64,000 bases of DNA from Salisapilia sapeloensis CBS 127946 (Eukaryota; Protista; Oomycota): assembly GCA_023334545.1 (NCBI GenBank), contig JAADVB010000048.1:1-64000 (forward strand), given 5' to 3'. Shown here one piece after another: positions 57,232-64,000 of the stretch. Below the pieces are notes generated by a model. It was not told the DNA's origin. It did not search any database and was given only the letters and a program-made list of their open reading frames with translations. Made by a program: the position numbers and the translations under genes. Position 1 is the stretch's first letter, and the number at the start of each line of letters is the position of its first letter.

Positions 57232-59718
57232 CTATCTCCTAATGATTGCTTTACTACGGGTCGGGGCACCGTGACTCTTGCCCTTGACGTTCCCTTTGCC
57301 GCGCTTCGACTTGCTCTTACTAGACACCTTGACGCCTCGAGAACGCGCCTTACGAGCCTCTTCTTTACGGATCTTCTTCTCGCCCATGAGCTCATCCTTG
57401 GCATTCTTGTTCACACGCGCCATCGCCGGCTTCTTACCGTTACGGTAGTCCATACGAGGTCCATCGCCGTCCTCTTCGCCACCCGTATTAACCTTCTTGT
57501 GCTGTCGCTGCTGCCACTTCTTGTACAACTCTCCCGTCTGGTGCTTCTTCTTGACCGCCGCGCCACTCTCGTTGCGACGTTTGATCTTACCAGAGCTCGA
57601 GATCTCACCCACACTCGTTTTGACGTACTTCTTCTTCCGCGTATCCCAGTGGAGCACACGCCGCTTCTTGTTCATTTCAATCGCTTCATCCGGATTCACA
57701 TCCAGCACCGCTTCTTCCAAACGAGCTTCATACGAAGCATTCGTCTTTCCACCTTCATTCGCGTTGGCAAGGAAGCCTTCCGTTTCTTCATCGCCACGAA
57801 CGGCACTGATGTAGTTCCCGTCATCCTTGAACGTATCCTTCTTCTCCACCGACTCTTTCGTGGCCAAAAGCTCTTGCTTCACATCTTCTTCCTTTTCACC
57901 TGCAGCAACACGTTTCTTCAGTTGCTTCCGGTCATGCTTGGACAAGAATGCCGCCTTTATCGGTTCTGCGTCTTGCTTGACCTCCACCACTTGCTCTTGC
58001 TTTGCTTCATTCTTGTCTTCCACCTCGGGCATCGGTTCCTCCACTCCATTCGCTTTATTCAGCTCCGTCTGGATGATCTTTTCATGATGCTTCCGCTTCG
58101 TCTGCATCATGACAGCACCAGGAGACGTCTTCTTCGCCGAGTGAGCACCGATACCGACTTCAAAGATCGTTTGAGACGGTCGGAAGGTCTGTAGTGATGC
58201 AATGTACTGTGCTTTATCTGCCTTATCTGGTGCTTCCAAGTACTCTTTCTTAAACAACGGATGCAACTGCTTCGTGTCCACATCTCGGGCACGTCGGATG
58301 GAGTTCTTGGCCGGATCAGCTCTCGTACGAGCATACATCTTGTGAGCATTCGCCACGACCTTGACAAGAGGTTCCACTTGCGGATGGTGATGGAGAATGT
58401 ACTGCTGCTGCTCGGACTCTTGATCGATCAAGTCATTCGGAAAAGAGCCGTAGTGGACATCCTCCACTTGCATGTCTCGAAGGTGGTATCCTTCGGTCTT
58501 TGCTGGGGAGGAGTCTTCCAATCGACGACCAATGTACAGATGCAAGTCGACCATGAACGGCACTTCATCCGGATCGACAAAGCTAAAGGCCGTACCGCTT
58601 CGTCCAGCACGTGCAGCTCGACCGACACGATGGACGAAGAGCTTGGCAGTGGATGGGAACGAGTAATTGAGGACGTTGTTAAGCAACGGGATATCGATAC
58701 CACGAGCAGCGACATCCGTTACGATGAGCAGCTTGGTCTTTTGGCTACGAAACTTGCCAATGTTGATCTTACGTGACGCTGGATCCATATCACCATACAC
58801 GCAAGAGCTTTCAATATCATTCGCTTTCAACAGTTCATGCAACAGCTCGACATGATGTCTCGTGGCTGCAAAGATGATCGTCTGGTCGTCCTTTGGAAGG
58901 AACTGTCGGACCAAGTAGACGAATAGCGCTGGCTTATCGTCCGATCGGACGGTGAAGAAGGCCATTTTCAAGTTCTCACTGATCTTGTTCTCGACATCGA
59001 GACGAATGAGCTCGGGGTCACGAAGTCCAGCACGAGCGAATTGGACCAACGCCTTGGGTAGCGTAGCACTGAACAAGAGCGTTTGTCGACTGGATGGGAC
59101 GGTGCTTAGAATCTCCTGAAGCTGTTCGGCGAATCCCATCTCGAACATCCGATCGGCTTCATCGAAGACAAGGTACTCGACACTGGACAAGGAAAAGTCT
59201 GGAATTTCCTGCAAGTGGTGCATGAGTCGACCTGGTGTGGCGACGAGGACGTCTGGATTGGAGGCTAGAGCTTCGAATTGAGCTTCCATGCCGTCACCAC
59301 CGACGATTAGAGACACTTGGACGGAAGTGAACTTTGCCAGTTGCTTTGCAAAACGCAGAGTCTGGACAGCAAGCTCACGCGTTGGAGACAGAATGATAGC
59401 ACGGACACCGACGCGAGTCGAGTGTTCCTTTAGATGCTCCAGCATCGGAATCAAGAAAGCTGCCGTTTTACCCGAACCAGTTCGAGCCATGGCAACACAG
59501 TCTCGACCAGACAGGACGATTGGAAGCGTCTTACGCTGGATAGGCGTTGGGACCTTGTAGCCCAAGGCCATGACCGCTCGAAAGACCGGCGGTGTGAGGC
59601 CCATGGACTGAAATCCACCGACGCTCGAGTTCTTACCACTACTTTTGCCATGATGCGCTGCACCAGCCTTGTTATCACCACCTTTCTTGGCGTTCTTGAG
59701 GAAATCGTCACCGGCCAT
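57232..59718 (-). CDS. DDX54: DEAD-box RNA helicase DDX54/Dbp10
   Basis: GGFQSMGL, MARTGSGKT, DEAD, SAT, HRVGRAARAG, and the DBP10CT-like WDTRKKKYV...GELYKKWQ. Confidence 0.93.
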   Translation of the reverse strand: MAGDDFLKNAKKGGDNKAGAAHHGKSSGKNSSVGGFQSMGLTPPVFRAVMALGYKVPTPIQRKTLPIVLSGRDCVAMARTGSGKTAAFLIPMLEHLKEHSTRVGVRAIILSPTRELAVQTLRFAKQLAKFTSVQVSLIVGGDGMEAQFEALASNPDVLVATPGRLMHHLQEIPDFSLSSVEYLVFDEADRMFEMGFAEQLQEILSTVPSSRQTLLFSATLPKALVQFARAGLRDPELIRLDVENKISENLKMAFFTVRSDDKPALFVYLVRQFLPKDDQTIIFAATRHHVELLHELLKANDIESSCVYGDMDPASRKINIGKFRSQKTKLLIVTDVAARGIDIPLLNNVLNYSFPSTAKLFVHRVGRAARAGRSGTAFSFVDPDEVPFMVDLHLYIGRRLEDSSPAKTEGYHLRDMQVEDVHYGSFPNDLIDQESEQQQYILHHHPQVEPLVKVVANAHKMYARTRADPAKNSIRRARDVDTKQLHPLFKKEYLEAPDKADKAQYIASLQTFRPSQTIFEVGIGAHSAKKTSPGAVMMQTKRKHHEKIIQTELNKANGVEEPMPEVEDKNEAKQEQVVEVKQDAEPIKAAFLSKHDRKQLKKRVAAGEKEEDVKQELLATKESVEKKDTFKDDGNYISAVRGDEETEGFLANANEGGKTNASYEARLEEAVLDVNPDEAIEMNKKRRVLHWDTRKKKYVKTSVGEISSSGKIKRRNESGAAVKKKHQTGELYKKWQQRQHKKVNTGGEEDGDGPRMDYRNGKKPAMARVNKNAKDELMGEKKIRKEEARKARSRGVKVSSKSKSKRGKGNVKGKSHGAPTRSKAIIRR

Positions 59719-59876
59719 GACGCTACTGTCCTAGCTTCCTATGTAGTGAATACGGCGTGGCCAATAAAGAAGTATCCACTTGTGATTGGCTGGATAATAC
59801 ACCCAAATCATATATAACCAATCAAATTTATACATCTCGACACACTATTCGCATTAGAGTAGATTACGCGAGAAAC
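59719..59876. promoter_or_regulatory. Putative bidirectional promoter with CCAAT boxes (DDX54/RING)
   Basis: CCAAT at ~59761, GATTGGCTG at ~59784 and CCAATC at ~59819. The same GATTGGCTG occurs at ~7527 between AspRS and RNase HII. Confidence 0.5.
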
Positions 59877-60758
59877 ATGTCGATCGGACCGATTATCGAC
59901 GTCTCAGAAGAAGATGAAGGCGAATGGGCGGCTCGACATGAGCAAGAAGACATTGCTGCTGAAGAGGATATTGTAGATATGGCTGAAAACGATACAAATA
60001 CAAGCTTGGGCGCTGAGGAGACGCCACAGAGGCATGAAACAGCGATGGAATTAGCTGTATTGGGCGACACTTGTCCTATTTGCCTGCAAGCTTTAAACGA
60101 TCCAGTCATGGTCCAGTCCTGTTATCATGTCTACTGTTTCGAATGCCTAACGACATGGGTGCATGGTCTCGCGTTGCACGGCGTGCACACTCCGACCTGC
60201 CCAATGTGTAAAGTCTCCTTCACTGGTGTCTACACGGACGTTCGGTCGGAAGCAGACCACAACATCTTTTCCTACGTCGATACCGATAGAAACCAGCACA
60301 CTCAGCTACGTGAAAGGCAGCGACAACGAGAGGAAGACTACGGACGTCGCCGACGGTCGATTGTTTATCGCAAATCTCTCCGACTCTGCCGCATTGGCAG
60401 TGCGGAAATCCAGGGGCAAGACAAGCTACCTGCAAAAGTAAAATGTAGAGGAGAGTATGAGGAGTGGCTAGAGAGAGAATTACGTGCTTGCATCGGCCGA
60501 GAGATCGATGTCTCAGTCCTCGTCTCTATCATCCAATGCTGCCTCGACAAAGTGTCCAAGCACCACGTCGAAGAAAGGTACTATGAAATGGAGGAAGCTT
60601 TGCGTCCGTTTCTATATGATGATGCCACCACTTTTGTCCGTGAGACAGCGTTCTTTCTCGGTTCGAGGCTGAATATGCACGCGTATGACGACGTATCTGA
60701 ATACTGCTGCACGGACACTCTCCACTGCTGTGCAGACGTGTGCAGTCACGTAAATTGA
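59877..60758 (+). CDS. C3HC4 RING E3 ligase, Topors-like (RING + PWI-like helical domain)
   Basis: CPIC...CYHVYCFEC...CPMC, then WLERELRA...LRPFL...FVRET..FL....MHAYD, resembling the Topors conserved region. Confidence 0.75.
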   Translation: MSIGPIIDVSEEDEGEWAARHEQEDIAAEEDIVDMAENDTNTSLGAEETPQRHETAMELAVLGDTCPICLQALNDPVMVQSCYHVYCFECLTTWVHGLALHGVHTPTCPMCKVSFTGVYTDVRSEADHNIFSYVDTDRNQHTQLRERQRQREEDYGRRRRSIVYRKSLRLCRIGSAEIQGQDKLPAKVKCRGEYEEWLERELRACIGREIDVSVLVSIIQCCLDKVSKHHVEERYYEMEEALRPFLYDDATTFVRETAFFLGSRLNMHAYDDVSEYCCTDTLHCCADVCSHVN

Positions 60759-60786
60759 AGTATAACGAAGAAATTGCTTTTTGGAT

Positions 60787-61882
60787 TTATGCTTTACCCA
60801 ATACGAGGGCTAGCAAAGCCATACGAGTGTACATGCCGTTCTCCATCTGACGAAAGTAGGCAGCACGAGGGTCGGCATCCACCTCCTTTGCGATCTCATT
60901 CACACGAGGGAGAGGATGGAGGATGACCATGGACTCTTTCGCATTCACGATCGTCTCCGGCGTGATGCAGAAACTGTCCTTGACTACGTCGTACTCGGCC
61001 GTCGACTCGAAACGCTCCTTTTGGATGCGAGTGACGTACAAGACGTCACTGTCGTTCACGACAGACTCCAAGTCGGACGTTTCGTACTGCTTGATGCCTC
61101 GTGCGTTGAGTTCATCGACAATGTACGAAGGCATCTTCAGACTTTCAGGAGCAACGTAGTTGATGGTGACGCCGAAGAGAGCCAAGAGACGCGCGAGCGA
61201 GTGCACCGTTCGGCCGTTCTTTAGATCGCCGACCATCGTTACGACTTTACCTTGCAGCGTGTCCAGGTCTCCCACTTCACTGTGGATAGTGTAGAGGTCC
61301 AAGAGCGCTTGCGTCGGGTGCTCACCCACACCGTCGCCAGCATTGAGCACAGGAATGTCCGTCGCCTCGGCAGCTTCAGCAGCGCTGCCTTTAACCGGAT
61401 GACGCAGGACGATGGCGTCCGAGTAGCACTGCATGCATCGCATGGTGTCGCTCAAACTCTCCCCTTTCTGCGTACTGGAAGAGCTTTCGTTGACGCTGAC
61501 GACGAGCCCTCCGAGACGGAGCATGGCTGCCTGGAAGGAGCAGCTCGTGCGAGTCGACGGCTCATAAAAGACACTTGCGAGTAGCTATCATGATGTTGTT
61601 ATTCAACGTCTGAAGACGCATATGGTGTCTTTTAGTGATATTACTTTGCCCTGAAGTAAATCAGAAGCGCCTTGGCTTTTCACCATGGCTTTCATTTCAT
61701 CCGCGACATGCACCACGCGTCTACAAATTGTGATCGTTTGAAGGTTATAAAGCGAGTTACGAGATGCAATTTCGTTTGCGACATCGGACGTACTTGGCAC
61801 TATCCATGCCGAACTGTTCAATGGAGAGGATGTTCTCCCCAAGCCAACTCCCGGCCGTCGTCTTCGCATCCAATGAAGCCAT
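60787..61882 (-). CDS. pyrB: Monofunctional aspartate carbamoyltransferase; 2 introns
   Basis: Spliced MASLDAK...NILSIEQF...[26 protein letters not shown], then [34 protein letters not shown]. It has its own ATG, and no fused CPS/DHO is seen upstream. Confidence 0.92.
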
Positions 61883-62890
61883 CTCGTGGTATTTTTGTTT
61901 GTGTCGATCCTGTAAGATTTACCGTTGCAATCGATAGGAATTAGCTTTAAAAAGCGGAAAATTAGCATAAAAGGCAGCGAGATTGTCAAGTGGTAGGGTC
62001 TGCGCTCTATGTGTATCAGATCGAGATCGGGTGTAGTAGGCTATGATATGTCGCTTCCTGGCGCAGTACCCTCGCAGCGTGTTTACAAGAGGGATTGTGT
62101 TGAAAATGGGATCGCCACGTAAGCTTCAAGGATCGGGATAAGATATCGATTCTTTCTACGTAGACGCTTGCTAGAGAGCATGCATACCGACACTCCAAGG
62201 GTGTATACCACACTTGTCAATCTATTGAAGCAGCTGATGCATTTCGCGAGCTCTTCGACGCATCAATCCGAGCTTTTTGATGGCTGGCAAGTCTGACGAT
62301 CCACCCTTTGCACCGTGAAGTTGTAGCCATCAGCTAGACGTGCCCCATCCATGAGATTCATGCCACGCGATGCGCACGCCCGTGGATTCCGCCTCTAGAG
62401 GATTTTAGGAAGAAACTTGGAAAATATATTGACCGTCGACCTCGAGTGAACCTCGAGCAAAAGATTTCAGCAGGATTTCCATCCCTCCTTACTATGTGTA
62501 CAGTCACGTAAGCTATACATCCTTCGTTGTACTTGGTTTTTGACTTGCATATGGATACATGTACACCCACTGCGAAAAACCTCACGGTGTCAAGGTTATT
62601 TGTCTCCCGCCTTTTCTCTCGGTTTTAGTATCGAGCGGTTCGAGCCAAACGAAAGGCAAAGCGCGGCGACAATCGGCCCTCCAACCTCCAGACTTGCCCA
62701 CGCTTCCGTTCGTCGCACGATCCTGCAGTGAACCCACGACGTGACACTCGGTTCTTACTGTCTTCGCTTTCGACCTTCTCTATCTCGACGCCTTCGTTTC
62801 CACGGCCTGTGTTCCAGCAATCGAGTCAGATCATCTGAACGTGTGTTTTTCGTTTTCAAATAAACATCGCCAAAGAAAAGAAAGAAAACG

Positions 62891-64000
62891 ATGGACTCGA
62901 ATGCCCTCTTTGGCTTTGAGATTGGCAATGGGGATTCACTAGATCTAAATTCACTCGGGCTCTTCGGGAACGCCGAGTCCTCCCCGAACAACGGCGGCGC
63001 GTCCTCCGGAGGACAGGGGGCGAACGCCAATGCCATGCCACTCGATATTGGCGGCGACTCGTTCAACATCTTCTCTGGCCAGAACGAAGAGTTTACGTTC
63101 GGAGACTCCCCCAACACCAAGACCGATGACGCCAAGCAAGACGATCTACAAAAATACTTGGAGGATGACTCCAAGAGTAAACACGATGCCGCCAAATCTG
63201 AGGCGCCGAATGCCACCAACGACAATTCGGCCAAAGCTGAAGCATCGGCATCGAATGCCAAGCAAAGTAGCAACTCGGGTATGAATAAACCACCTACGTC
63301 GGCACCAACACCGACGTCCAATAGTCAGTCGCAACAGCCGAACGCGCGAGCACCGACGCCTACGTCCTCGAACGCATCGTCCGCTCGACCGTCCATCTCG
63401 ACGTCTGCAGCAAACGCATCCACTCGTCCGAGTCAGTCGCAGCAGCCTTCCCAGCGAGCGCAGCAAGAAGCCATGCAACAGCAACAGCAACAGCGGTATC
63501 GGAATATGAATCAACAGCGTCAATCGTACCCGATGAACGTGCCGCAAGGGCAGGCTCAAATGTCCATGGGGATGCCGAATGGGCAGTTCATGCCGCAGCA
63601 AGGTCAGTTCCGACCGCAGTCTTCGTATGAAGAGGAGCTGATGCGTGTCAAGGCCATGGTCCAGCACCACCCGGAGCTCATTCCCCCGCCGATGGAAGTG
63701 CTGCAGATCAGTATGAACTTTGGCGGCGTCCAGCCCAATGCGCAGTACATGCAGCGAGGGCAGATGATGCCGCAAGGGTATCCTCCGAACTACCGCGGTC
63801 CGAATGGATCGATGATGATGCCGCAGAACCCACAAGCTTCTGCTCAAATGCGGTCGATGCAGAATCGGACACCGAGTGGGCAGAGCCAGACGAGTCAGTC
63901 TGGTCGCACGACGTGGCAGTCGGAGAACGATTTGCCACTGCGACGGAAGATGATCGGACGAATGTACGTTTCGTATGCTTGTCTACTCCTATTTGACAAC
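62891..64000 (+). CDS. Gln-rich protein with start of a KIX-like domain (Med15/CBP-type coactivator); partial, continues beyond window
   Basis: Open frame from ATG 62891 through Q/P/M-rich sequence to WQSENDLPLRRKMIGR, followed by a GTACG donor near 63964. Confidence 0.7.
   Translation, partial: MDSNALFGFEIGNGDSLDLNSLGLFGNAESSPNNGGASSGGQGANANAMPLDIGGDSFNIFSGQNEEFTFGDSPNTKTDDAKQDDLQKYLEDDSKSKHDAAKSEAPNATNDNSAKAEASASNAKQSSNSGMNKPPTSAPTPTSNSQSQQPNARAPTPTSSNASSARPSISTSAANASTRPSQSQQPSQRAQQEAMQQQQQQRYRNMNQQRQSYPMNVPQGQAQMSMGMPNGQFMPQQGQFRPQSSYEEELMRVKAMVQHHPELIPPPMEVLQISMNFGGVQPNAQYMQRGQMMPQGYPPNYRGPNGSMMMPQNPQASAQMRSMQNRTPSGQSQTSQSGRTTWQSENDLPLRRKMIGRMYVSYACLLLFDN

Noticed and set aside
57130-58194. 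354-aa + strand ORF
   Set aside because: Antisense shadow of DDX54, with Leu/Phe/Arg-rich composition typical of reverse frames.
8340-58500. Scattered GTATCCT(T) sequences resembling U12 5' splice sites
   Set aside because: Those I checked lie within coding sequence, on the non-coding strand, or inside ordinary GT-AG introns. None is at a donor position.
18110-59718. Apparent clustering of RNA-processing genes (PPIH, DDX24, SFSWAP, RBM19, DDX54)
   Set aside because: These are abundant functional classes, interspersed with unrelated genes. There is no evidence of a dedicated cluster without an enrichment test.
62330-62400. Minus-strand peptide GVRIAWHESHGWG resembling the start of a SET domain
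   Set aside because: It is followed almost immediately by stops and no other SET motifs. Treated as coincidence.
62755-63847. Minus-strand ORFs of 188 and 233 aa
   Set aside because: Shadows of the + strand Q-rich KIX gene, which the ORF track omits because it has no stop before its intron and the window end.
1-64000. CRISPR arrays, transposons, rRNA or prophage-like elements
   Set aside because: No repeat-spacer arrays, terminal repeats, transposase/RT motifs or rRNA signatures were seen. The only tandem repeats are protein-coding.

Overview
This window is eukaryotic genomic DNA from a compact, intron-containing genome. The gene repertoire (FYVE-tailed myosin, FYVE-AGC kinase, CCT and KIX proteins) suggests an oomycete or other stramenopile; that assignment is inference. 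About 30 protein-coding genes can be supported, mostly housekeeping: PIG-T, AspRS, RNase HII, myosin, a UBAP2-like protein, cyclophilin H, two Nudix paralogues, E(z), an SLC25 carrier, Twinkle, DDX24, SFSWAP, RBM19, P5CS, annexin, CDK5RAP3/C53, GRAM-VASt, a FANCB-like gene, an AGC kinase, DDX54, a Topors-like RING, ATCase and a KIX protein. Two genes are absent from the supplied ORF track and were reconstructed by hand: a secreted repeat protein running off the left edge and a six-exon cyclophilin H. I found no tRNA/rRNA genes, CRISPR arrays or recognisable transposons. The most notable observations are an Arb2/FAM172-like hydrolase-fold + FYVE + AGC kinase fusion, a C53 lacking its sAIM-bearing disordered linker, an annexin with a very long C-terminal (not N-terminal) P/Q/G/Y tail containing a novel duplicated motif, a bacterial-type RNase HII, and a FYVE myosin rich in RxRxxS/T sites. 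Exon boundaries were assigned by eye from GT-AG sites and frame continuity. Family assignments rest on remembered motifs; no database searches were run.
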